Positions 34,014 through 41,248 of a stretch of DNA of 41,248 nt are shown piece after piece (positions within the stretch are counted from its first letter, which is position 1; every line of letters begins with the position of its first letter). Below the pieces are notes generated by a model that was given only the letters and a program-made list of their open reading frames with translations, ran no database searches and was not told where the DNA came from. This stretch comes from Patescibacteria group bacterium. GTDB lineage: Bacteria; Patescibacteriota; UBA1384; XYA2-FULL-43-10; 1-14-0-10-43-13. The DNA is taken from contig JBBQQK010000002.1 in the NCBI GenBank assembly GCA_038216025.1, forward strand, positions 1 to 41,248, read 5' to 3'. The translations under genes were made by a program, and so were the position numbers.

Positions 34014-36506
34014 TTACTTCGTTATTTTAAGCACATCGTCAAGAAGTGTGATGATGAGAGTGTCTCCGGGCATATATTCTTCGTTCAGGATGCCTTCGGT
34101 GGTTGGAGTTTCAATGTAATCTGAAATTACTTTTCTGAGCGGTCTAGCGCCAAATTCTGGCGAAAATCCACGTTCCGCGATCCAATCGATAGATTTTTTA
34201 TCAATTTTAATCTTAAGCCCTGTTTCTTTGAGCCGTTGTTCCAGCATCTTAATCTGCAAGGTAGTAATCTTTCGGATAGCCTCTTTATCAAGTGGTTTAA
34301 AAACTAAAATTTTATCAAGGCGATTTATGAATTCGGCCTTGAAGTGTTTATTTATAACTTCAATAACGTTTTCCTTAAAATCATCGTACTGTGTTTCGGC
34401 TGAATTTTTTCCAAAACCAATTGTGGATTTATTTCTCAAAAATTCACTTCCAAGATTTGAGGTCATGATCAGAATAGTGTTTCTAAAATCTACAACTCTT
34501 CCTTTGGCGTCGGTCAATGTGCCGTCTTCCATGATCTGCAATAGAATATTGAAAACTTCGGGATGGGCTTTTTCTATCTCATCTAATAAAATAACTGAAT
34601 AAGGATTCCTTCTAACTATCTCTGTAAGTTTGCCGCCTTCCTCATAGCCAACATAGCCTGCCGGAGCTCCGACGAGTCTTGATACATTGTGTCTTTCCAT
34701 AAATTCGGACATGTCGATTTTAACAAGTGAATTTTCATTTCCGGATAGTTCTTTGGCAATCACTTTTGCCAGCTCGGTTTTGCCAACACCTGTTGGCCCC
34801 AAAAAGATAAAAGAACCTGTTGGTCTGCTGGGGTCAGATATTCCGACCCGGGCTTTTTTAATCGCCAGTGCGACAGAGGTTACCGCCTCATCTTGACCAA
34901 TAACGCTCTTCATTAGATTCGTTTCGAAATTAATAAATTTTTTCTTTTCAATCTCTGTTAAATTTGTGACTGGAATTCCGGTCCACCTCGAGACGACTTC
35001 GGCAATATTATCCTCAGTTACAGTTTTTTGCTGTTTATTGCACTTTTTGTTTAGGATGCTTACCTCGTTTTCGGTTTTTGCTTCCTCCCCTTTCAGGAGA
35101 GTTGCCTTTTCATATTCTTCCTTGAAAATAAAATCTTCTTTTTGTTTGTGTATATTCAAGAGTTGGTTTCTCAGGGCATAAAGCCTGACTTCGTCTGGAG
35201 AAACATTTGATGTGATTTTCGAAGCTGCTTCATCAATAAGGTCGATGGCTTTGTCGGGGAGAAATCTATCGTTTATATAGCGTTTTGCCAACTTGGCTGC
35301 TGCAATTAATGCCTCATCGGAATATTTTACTCTATGAAATTTTTCGTAACGTTCTTTTATTCCCTTCAAAATTTTGATCGTTTCAATCACTGACGGCTCT
35401 ACTACTTTAACCGGTTGAAGCCGCCTTTCGAACGCAGGATCTTTCTCAATATGTTTTTTGTATTCGTCATAAGTAGTGGCTCCAATAATACTAACTTCTC
35501 CTCTTCCGAGGGCAGGTTTCAAGATATTTGCTGCGTCAATTGATCCTTCGGTGGAGCCGGCGCCGATTACGGTATGTATTTCGTCTATAAATAAAAGTAT
35601 GTTTTTGCGCTTTTTTATTTCAGCCAGTATTTTTTTAATTCTTCCTTCAAACTGTCCTCGATACATGGTCCCTGCTACCAAAGCGCCCATGTCTAGCGAC
35701 AAAATTTCCTTATCGAAAAGTTTAGGCGAGACTTTTCCTTGGCTAATTCTCTGAGCAAGTCCTTCAACGACTGAAGTTTTTCCAACTCCCGGGTCTCCGA
35801 CTAAAATCGGGTTATTTTTAGTTCTTCTGCAAAGTATCTGCATTATTCTCTCAATTTCTAGTTCTCTGCCAACAACAGGGTCGAGTTCTCTTAATTTGGC
35901 CTTAGCCGTTATATTTGTGGTAAAGCTTTGCAGAGTTGATTCTTTCTTTTGTTTTGTGGCTGTATTTCCGTTGCCAAAAGGCATCGGACCCGGCATATCC
36001 TGAAAATCCGGCTCCTCTTGAAATCCTGCGTCCATATTGATTGGAGATTGATTTATTTCGCTTAAATTTTTGGTTGTATTGAAGACTTCATCTATTTGTT
36101 TTGTGATGTCGGTCGGTTTTAAACCTATTCTTTCGATGATGGTGTAGGACCGGTATTTTTTACTCGAAAGAAGCGCCAGCAAAAGGTGTTCGCAATCAAC
36201 CAATGAGTGATAGTTTTTCGAAGCGTATTGAACAGCTTTTTGAATTGCTTCCTTTGCATTTTCAGTGACTCCGGTTTTATCACCTTCTATTGGCTTGCCC
36301 ATTAAAGAGACAATCAGCTGAACTCTGTCGGCCGATATTTGATTGTTGGTAAGAATTTCGTAAGCCAAATTATTCTTTGTAAACAGAAGAGCGATTAACT
36401 GGTGCTCCGTGTCCATTAAAGATTTTTGGTCCTGAGATATTTTCTCTGCCATCACGAGTGTTTTTTTAAGATTTTCGCTGAATTTGCTGAATATGTTATT
36501 GTCCAT
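34014..36506 (-). CDS. clpC: AAA+ chaperone ClpC (Clp ATPase, two nucleotide-binding domains)
   Basis: 830 aa. Two Clp_N repeats, Walker A motifs GDPGVGKT and GPTGVGKT, a short middle domain with the UVR-like EEYEKATLLKGEE, and a sensor region GARPLRKVI. Confidence 0.9.
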   Translation of the reverse strand: MDNNIFSKFSENLKKTLVMAEKISQDQKSLMDTEHQLIALLFTKNNLAYEILTNNQISADRVQLIVSLMGKPIEGDKTGVTENAKEAIQKAVQYASKNYHSLVDCEHLLLALLSSKKYRSYTIIERIGLKPTDITKQIDEVFNTTKNLSEINQSPINMDAGFQEEPDFQDMPGPMPFGNGNTATKQKKESTLQSFTTNITAKAKLRELDPVVGRELEIERIMQILCRRTKNNPILVGDPGVGKTSVVEGLAQRISQGKVSPKLFDKEILSLDMGALVAGTMYRGQFEGRIKKILAEIKKRKNILLFIDEIHTVIGAGSTEGSIDAANILKPALGRGEVSIIGATTYDEYKKHIEKDPAFERRLQPVKVVEPSVIETIKILKGIKERYEKFHRVKYSDEALIAAAKLAKRYINDRFLPDKAIDLIDEAASKITSNVSPDEVRLYALRNQLLNIHKQKEDFIFKEEYEKATLLKGEEAKTENEVSILNKKCNKQQKTVTEDNIAEVVSRWTGIPVTNLTEIEKKKFINFETNLMKSVIGQDEAVTSVALAIKKARVGISDPSRPTGSFIFLGPTGVGKTELAKVIAKELSGNENSLVKIDMSEFMERHNVSRLVGAPAGYVGYEEGGKLTEIVRRNPYSVILLDEIEKAHPEVFNILLQIMEDGTLTDAKGRVVDFRNTILIMTSNLGSEFLRNKSTIGFGKNSAETQYDDFKENVIEVINKHFKAEFINRLDKILVFKPLDKEAIRKITTLQIKMLEQRLKETGLKIKIDKKSIDWIAERGFSPEFGARPLRKVISDYIETPTTEGILNEEYMPGDTLIITLLDDVLKITK

Positions 36507-36542
36507 TTGGGTCCTTCGTTAAATGAGTCTCTATTTTAGCAG

Positions 36543-36575
36543 AAAAGTCAACAATATTCTATGTTGTTGACTTTT
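36543..36575 (-). terminator. Terminator after nusA (symmetric)
   Basis: AAAAGTCAACA-N11-TGTTGACTTTT is an 11-bp perfect stem, 38 nt after the nusA stop. Confidence 0.6.
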
Positions 36576-36612
36576 CATTTACATTTTCCGTTTTAGAGTT
36601 TGCTCGGAATAT

Positions 36613-37683
36613 TTATTTTTTTTCTTTTTCAGCTTCTTCGTCTAAAACAACGTCGATTCCCCAGCCTGTTAGTTTGGATGCTAATCTAACGTTTTGTCCA
36701 CCTTTGCCAATCGCCAACGAAAGGCTGTCTTTGTCAACGTAAATAGTCGCTTTGTTTTCTTTTGATGAAATGAGTATCCGTCTTGTTTTCGCCGGTGAAA
36801 GTGCATTCATGATAAACTGCTCGACATCTTCGTCCCATAAAACAATATCAATTTTTTCTTCACCGATTTCGCCTAAAACAGCTTGCACTCTAGTGCCGCG
36901 CTGTCCGACACATGACCCAACTGGATCAACTTTCGGATCATTGGAGATAACTGCTATTTTAGTTCTTGAACCGGCTTCTCTGGCAATGCTCTTGATTTCA
37001 ACTGTTGAGGCGGCAATTTCAGGAACTTCGCTTTCGAACAATCCTCTGATTAATTCTTTATCGCTTCTTGAGACGATGATTTGAGGACCTCTAGCACTTT
37101 CGCTAACTTCTTTGACGTATGCTTTAAGTCTTTGCCCAATATAGTAGCGCTCTTCTCGTACCTGTTCTCCCGGATACATAATTCCGTTGGCCTTGCCAAG
37201 CGCAACGATAACATTTTTTCCTTCCAACTGCTGTACAGTTGCGTTTACAACTTTGTTTTCTTTGTCTTTGAATTCGGCAAACATTAGTTCTCTTTCTGCT
37301 TCTCGAATTCTTTGTATTATAACTTGTTTTGCTGTTTGCGCGGCAATGCGTCCAAAATCATCTTTTTTCTCGAGTGGGGTAAGTACGACTCCTCCAACTT
37401 CAGCCTTTTTGTCTATTTCTTTGGCTTCGTCTAGAGTCAATTGCTGTTCTCGTTCTTTTGGCTCTTCTTCGTTGTCTAGTACTTCGTATTCTCTGAAGAT
37501 ATCAAAGTCGCCGGTCTTTAGATCCATCTTGGCTTTGATAATTTGCTTTGGTTTCCCATAATCTTTTCGGTAAGCAGCTGCAATTGCTGCTTCGACCGTG
37601 TCAATAATAATATTCTTATCTAAGCCTTTTTCTTCACAAATTTCTTCTAGTGCATTCATGAAGCTATCCATTTCTCGTATCAT
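36613..37683 (-). CDS. nusA: Transcription termination/antitermination factor NusA (no C-terminal AR repeats)
   Basis: 356 aa with S1 and two KH domains. Motifs GPQIIVSRS, GSCVGQRGTRVQAV and AIGKGGQNVRLASKLTGW. GGAGA lies 4 nt before the ATG. Confidence 0.9.
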   Translation of the reverse strand: MIREMDSFMNALEEICEEKGLDKNIIIDTVEAAIAAAYRKDYGKPKQIIKAKMDLKTGDFDIFREYEVLDNEEEPKEREQQLTLDEAKEIDKKAEVGGVVLTPLEKKDDFGRIAAQTAKQVIIQRIREAERELMFAEFKDKENKVVNATVQQLEGKNVIVALGKANGIMYPGEQVREERYYIGQRLKAYVKEVSESARGPQIIVSRSDKELIRGLFESEVPEIAASTVEIKSIAREAGSRTKIAVISNDPKVDPVGSCVGQRGTRVQAVLGEIGEEKIDIVLWDEDVEQFIMNALSPAKTRRILISSKENKATIYVDKDSLSLAIGKGGQNVRLASKLTGWGIDVVLDEEAEKEKK

Positions 37684-37760
37684 AGTTCTCCTTTTATGTG
37701 CTCTTTTCTAATTATTCTCAAGTATTGTCCAACTTATTATACCACTGAGGGCATTTTTTT

Positions 37761-37786
37761 AAAAAGGTGATCCGCTGAGGGATCAC
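37761..37786 (-). terminator. Terminator-like hairpin inside the nusA upstream region
   Basis: Minus-strand RNA forms GUGAUCC-cucagc-GGAUCAC followed by CUUUUUAAAAAAA. It lies between a TTGACT/TATAAT promoter and a second extended -10 (TGgTATAAT, 37744-37736). Confidence 0.4.
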
Positions 37787-37798
37787 ATTACTAAACTA

Positions 37799-37828
37799 AT
37801 TATAATCAAAAATATCCAAAAAAGTCAA
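37799..37828 (-). promoter_or_regulatory. Sigma70-like promoter upstream of nusA
   Basis: Minus strand reads TTGACT (37828-37823), an 18-nt spacer, then TATAAT (37804-37799). Confidence 0.5.
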
Positions 37829-37845
37829 GTTTTTACATGCAAATC

Positions 37846-37978
37846 GCTCACTGTATCGTCATTGCGAGTGTGTCACGAAGCAATCTTTCATCATAATAGA
37901 TTGCCGCGCCTTGGTGGTCACACCAATGACCGCTACTTCGCCAAGGCTACGCAGGGCACAGTCGCAATGACAGTGAGC
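37846..37978. repeat. 133-bp composite GC-rich element with imperfect terminal inverted repeats (MITE-like)
   Basis: The left arm is GCTCACTGTatcgtCATTGCGAgTGTG (37846-37872). The right arm is CACAgTCGCAATGACAGTGAGC (37957-37978). That gives 21 matching positions, one 5-nt insertion and one mismatch. Interior stems are GCAATCT/AGATTGC and CCTTGG/CCAAGG. It contains GTCATTGCGAG modules in both orientations. Confidence 0.55.
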
Positions 37979-38058
37979 AGTCTCTTTATGAGCTTAATAC
38001 ATGCTGAATTCGCTCAAAATTATGGCTAAGAACCGGAAATGAGGCAGTCTATGTACTC

Positions 38059-38078
38059 TTTTGTAACTTATTACAAAA
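38059..38078. promoter_or_regulatory. Perfect palindrome TTTTGTAA-ctta-TTACAAAA (operator-like)
   Basis: 8-4-8 inverted repeat. It shares the TTTGTA/TACAAA core with 38243-38260 and an imperfect copy at 38150-38169. Confidence 0.35.
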
Positions 38079-38203
38079 ATTCATGTATATTTTATATAAA
38101 CTTCATATTTTTATTAATGGTCTAAATTGAAAAAAAAACTTAATGTATATTTTGTAACAATACATAAAATTCAAAAAATTATCAGTTCCAAAGCCCATAT
38201 ATC

Positions 38204-38232
38204 TTGACAAACATATAAAAATGTAGTAAAAT
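38204..38232 (+). promoter_or_regulatory. Sigma70-like promoter of the cdaR-like gene
   Basis: TTGACA (38204-38209), a 17-nt spacer, then TAAAAT (38227-38232), 46 nt before ATG 38278. Confidence 0.55.
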
Positions 38233-38242
38233 AAAGTAACAA

Positions 38243-38260
38243 TTTGTAGTAAATTACAAA
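38243..38260. promoter_or_regulatory. Palindrome TTTGTA-gtaaat-TACAAA between the -10 and the SD of the cdaR-like gene
   Basis: It sits in the predicted 5' UTR DNA, directly downstream of the promoter at 38204-38232. Confidence 0.35.
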
Positions 38261-38277
38261 AAGAAAGGTGTCACTTA

Positions 38278-39435
38278 ATGTTGATCAACTACCAATTAGG
38301 AGAGGAAATCAGGGATTATATTAAAAATGTTCTCAGTAAAGAGACAATGGTTTTAGATTCGGAAGGCACTTGCATAGCGGCAACCAAAAGTGAGCACAAT
38401 GGTGAGAAAATTGATCTAAATGACGTAGGTACCAGAGAAGATCATTACATAAAAAAGTTAGACGGCAAAGAACAAGTAGTTATCCCGCTAAAATATCAAG
38501 GAGAAGCCGTTGCCTATCTAGTAATCGGCGACAAACAAAAAGCTTTAGAGTATACAAGTCTTATAAAAAGTTTTGCTGAGCTTTTGATCAGCCAATACTT
38601 CGAAAACAATAAGCCGAATATGGATACAACTGATCAGTTCGTGGTGAAACTTCTTTTCAATGCGACACCCAATGACCTGCCTTTTTATCAATCAGAGGCA
38701 AAAATTTTGGGATACGATTTAAATTCCAAAAGAATCGCAATCGTTGTTCACTTGAGAGGTTTTTGGGAGGACAGTCTTTTGTCTATCAATCAACCTAGTT
38801 TCGAAAGGGACGAAGTTATAAAGAATACAAAGAGAAAAATTGAAACGGCAGTGAATGGCTTCTTCTCAAAAAATAACGACATTATTATTGCTTATCTTGG
38901 AAATGATAAATTTGTTGTTTTTAAAGCGGTTGACGAAGGCGATGAGGAAAATATAAAAAAATTTTTAAGTCGCTCTTTCAAATCTATTTTCGAGCCTTTA
39001 CAAGGCTTTAAAATTCATAGCGTCTCCGTTGGCTACAGTAATGCTTATAAAAGCATTACTGGTCTGATCAGCAGCTTCAGGGAGGCTGATTTGTCTCTTG
39101 AACTGGGACAAAAACTTTGGGGCGATAACAAAAGCTATTATTTTGGAGATCTTGGCATACTTTCTCTTCTCGGAGAAGGCGACAGAAGTAAGAATCTTCA
39201 ATTTGCCAATAAAATGCTGGGCAGAATGAAAAATGAAGATTTGTGCAAAACTCTTGAATGCTTTTTTGACCATAATTTAAATTTAACTGAAACTGCTGAG
39301 AAGATGAGCGTCCATCGTAATACGGTAATATACCGGCTGAACCAAATATCAAAAATCCTAGGAGCAGATCCGAGGGTATTCGAGCAAGCAATGTCAATTA
39401 AAATAGCACTTCTAATAAAAAGATTATTTGTTTAA
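38278..39435 (+). CDS. CdaR/PucR-family transcriptional regulator (sugar-diacid-recognition N-domain plus C-terminal HTH)
   Basis: 385 aa. The N-terminus ...VLSKETMVLDSEGTCIAATKSEHNGEKID resembles the Diacid_rec domain. The C-terminus has LTETAEKMSVHRNTVIYRLNQISKILG, a PucR-type HTH. Confidence 0.75.
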   Translation: MLINYQLGEEIRDYIKNVLSKETMVLDSEGTCIAATKSEHNGEKIDLNDVGTREDHYIKKLDGKEQVVIPLKYQGEAVAYLVIGDKQKALEYTSLIKSFAELLISQYFENNKPNMDTTDQFVVKLLFNATPNDLPFYQSEAKILGYDLNSKRIAIVVHLRGFWEDSLLSINQPSFERDEVIKNTKRKIETAVNGFFSKNNDIIIAYLGNDKFVVFKAVDEGDEENIKKFLSRSFKSIFEPLQGFKIHSVSVGYSNAYKSITGLISSFREADLSLELGQKLWGDNKSYYFGDLGILSLLGEGDRSKNLQFANKMLGRMKNEDLCKTLECFFDHNLNLTETAEKMSVHRNTVIYRLNQISKILGADPRVFEQAMSIKIALLIKRLFV

Positions 39436-39450
39436 ATATAGTCCGCCTAT

Positions 39451-39478
39451 AAAAAAAGAGCCAGCCGGCTCTTTTTTT
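39451..39478. terminator. Bidirectional terminator between the cdaR-like gene and the response regulator
   Basis: AAAAAAAGAGCC-agcc-GGCTCTTTTTTT. Confidence 0.75.
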
Positions 39479-39509
39479 ATTACAAGTTTTAGTGGCGGGG
39501 CCTTAGGTA

Positions 39510-39890
39510 TTAAGTGAGCACTTCGTTTATTTTTTCAACAACATCGCCAGGTGTGTTTAACGCTTTTACCATGTATTCGGTGGCGCCAAGAGATAGGGCA
39601 AGTTTTTTGTCATTATCAATTGATTCGCCCCCGATGTTGGTCAGCACGATCACGGGGATTCCGCTAGTATCACTTGATTGTTTGATTTTTTTGAGTATTT
39701 CAAAACCATTTAGTCCGGGCATTAAGATGTCAAGTAAAATTAGATCTGGTTTTTCTTTGATCTTTGCCATGGCTCTTTTGCCGTCTGATACTGTGGTTAC
39801 CTTAAATCCTTCAAGTTTAAGCTTTTCTTTGTACATTCCAACCAATGTCTTGTCGTCTTCAACTATTAAAACTCTTTTTTTCTCGTTCAT
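39510..39890 (-). CDS. Single-domain (CheY-like) response regulator receiver
   Basis: 126 aa with VLIVEDD, the phospho-acceptor context LILLDILMPGLNG, VIVLTN and KAL. There is no output domain. Confidence 0.85.
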   Translation of the reverse strand: MNEKKRVLIVEDDKTLVGMYKEKLKLEGFKVTTVSDGKRAMAKIKEKPDLILLDILMPGLNGFEILKKIKQSSDTSGIPVIVLTNIGGESIDNDKKLALSLGATEYMVKALNTPGDVVEKINEVLT

Positions 39891-39935
39891 TATTTCTCCT
39901 TAAATAATATTATAAATTATATCTTAATGACTTTC

Positions 39936-41248
39936 TCATTTTATTGAGGCCTCTTCGCTCTCAGCAATTGGCAACAATATCGAAAATTTTGTTCCTTTGT
40001 TTATCGTGCTATCTATTTTCATCTTTCCTCCTTGTTTTTCAATAAGATTTTTAACTATAAACAGCCCCAAGCCCGTTCCCCCTGCCCGAACACTTTCTGA
40101 ATTGGGAACCCTGTAAAATTTTGTGAAAATGGATTCATGCTCTTTTCTGGGGATTCCTACTCCGGTGTCGGAAACTTCAATTATTGCAAAGTTACCTTTT
40201 TCACTGACGTTTATGCTAATAACGCCCTTTTTAGTATATTTTATAGCATTATCAACCAGATTCGCCAATGCTTGTTTAGTCAATTCGTAGTCCGCATTTG
40301 CCGTGATTTTAGAAAAGCTTCTGGTTTCTATCTGCAGATTCTTTTGTTTTGCTTTTTGTTTGAAATCAATAACTACATCGTGTATTAATTTCGAAACATT
40401 AAATTCTTTTGGAGAAAAAGGGATGCTGTCCGATTCTATTCTAGCGGTTTTCAGCATAGCTTCTACCAGTACGACTAATCTATTGGTTGACGCATAAACT
40501 CTATTGAAGTATGCATTTTGTTTGTGGTTAATTTCGCCTGCATCCCCATTTAAAATCATCGAAATATAGCCTTTTATGGCGGTTATTGGAGTTCTGAGTT
40601 CGTGAGTGGTTGTATAAATGAACTCCTTGTTTCTGTCTTCCATAGCTTTTTCTTTTGAAATATCCCGCAAGACGGCAACTATATATACAATATTGTCTTG
40701 CGAATCTCTTATAGTCGAGTAGTTGATGTCTCCCCATATAAATTGATTTTCGGAATTTTTTAGTTTTATTTCAAGATTAATGAAGTCATCTTTTCGTATA
40801 GATTCATTTTTCAGCTTTCTCATCAAAGATTCTGGGTTAGCCTCAATATAATCAATTGGATTTGTGAAGCCAGTTAAGTTTGTCATTCCCTTATTCCAGA
40901 TTATTATTTCCTCTTTAGCGTAGTCCCAAACAAAAATTCCGTCAGCCGTATGGTTGATTACTTTTTCAAATTTTTCATTGTCTGCTTTAATTTTATCTAT
41001 GAATAGCATTGACTCAAAACGTGTTGAAATACGGGACGCTATGATACCAAGTAATTTTTGATCTGCCGAATTATACTTGCCGTTTTTGTTATAGGTGTAT
41101 ATTATGGCAACGTTTTGGCCGTTAACTTTCACTGGAGACGCAATAATATTGTAAATATTTGGAGATATATAAATTTCCTTTACATTGTTGTTCATGTAAG
41201 ACGCGCTTGGTTTCTCGGTCTTATTTATCTGGGTTATCAGATCATTGG
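39936..41248 (-). CDS. Sensor histidine kinase (PAS, HisKA, HATPase_c); the 5' end probably lies beyond the window
   Basis: H-box HELRTPITAIKGY, N-box DNAIKYT, G1 DTGVGIP and G2 GGTGLGLFIV. The frame stays open upstream of ATG 41195 to the window edge (..NDLITQINKTEKPSASY-M), and the first residues look like the end of a GAF-like domain. Confidence 0.8.
   Translation of the reverse strand, partial: NDLITQINKTEKPSASYMNNNVKEIYISPNIYNIIASPVKVNGQNVAIIYTYNKNGKYNSADQKLLGIIASRISTRFESMLFIDKIKADNEKFEKVINHTADGIFVWDYAKEEIIIWNKGMTNLTGFTNPIDYIEANPESLMRKLKNESIRKDDFINLEIKLKNSENQFIWGDINYSTIRDSQDNIVYIVAVLRDISKEKAMEDRNKEFIYTTTHELRTPITAIKGYISMILNGDAGEINHKQNAYFNRVYASTNRLVVLVEAMLKTARIESDSIPFSPKEFNVSKLIHDVVIDFKQKAKQKNLQIETRSFSKITANADYELTKQALANLVDNAIKYTKKGVISINVSEKGNFAIIEVSDTGVGIPRKEHESIFTKFYRVPNSESVRAGGTGLGLFIVKNLIEKQGGKMKIDSTINKGTKFSILLPIAESEEASIK

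Noticed and set aside
1-41248. Possibility of an alternative genetic code (UGA recoding, as in some candidate phyla).
   Set aside because: All conserved genes are full-length under the standard code, and TGA is used as a genuine stop (for example the helicase gene ends ...NER-TGA at 4924-4926).

Overview
This is a 41.2-kb chromosomal window from a low-GC bacterium using the standard code (TGA, TAA and TAG all end good ORFs). I call 34 protein genes, 31 on the minus strand, plus 2 decayed gene fragments. I saw no rRNA, tRNA, CRISPR array or intact mobile element. Content is mostly housekeeping. Right to left on the minus strand: sensor kinase and receiver, (cdaR-like, + strand), nusA, clpC, hisS, spoU-type methyltransferase, a secreted hypothetical, (fasciclin, + strand), rlmD-like, lexA-mpg-DUF362, a LytR_C protein, trxB, DUF3048, eno, (lytic transglycosylase, + strand), SprT-like, HIT, rpsU, yqeY, pgpH-like-ybeY-dgkA, ftsA-ftsZ, nrdR, an 813-aa polytopic membrane protein, trxA, DUF2130, a UvrD-type helicase fused to an Fe-S RecB nuclease, and a giant beta-strand-repeat surface protein that runs off the left edge. 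Gene content, compactness and the repeat litter suggest a reduced Patescibacteria/CPR-like genome, but that is inference only. Points worth a second look: (1) a 17-nt direct-repeat motif TGTTCG-N5-TGTTCG lies at the lexA promoter and, nearly identical, on the promoter of the DUF2130 nuclease-like gene, suggesting a small SOS-type regulon; (2) an orphan promoter, three hairpins and a U7 terminator divergent from lexA form a candidate ~110-nt sRNA with an exposed CCUCC; (3) the giant surface protein; (4) a single-chain helicase-nuclease preceded by a decay zone (GIY-YIG pseudogene, 60-codon inositol-monophosphatase fragment); (5) a family of GC-rich GTCAT-hairpin modules fills almost every long intergenic region, two of them with terminal inverted repeats; (6) a compositionally distinct + strand lytic transglycosylase has a perfect consensus promoter. 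I found no complete, clearly novel multi-gene system. All coordinates of small sites were counted by hand against ORF-track anchors.
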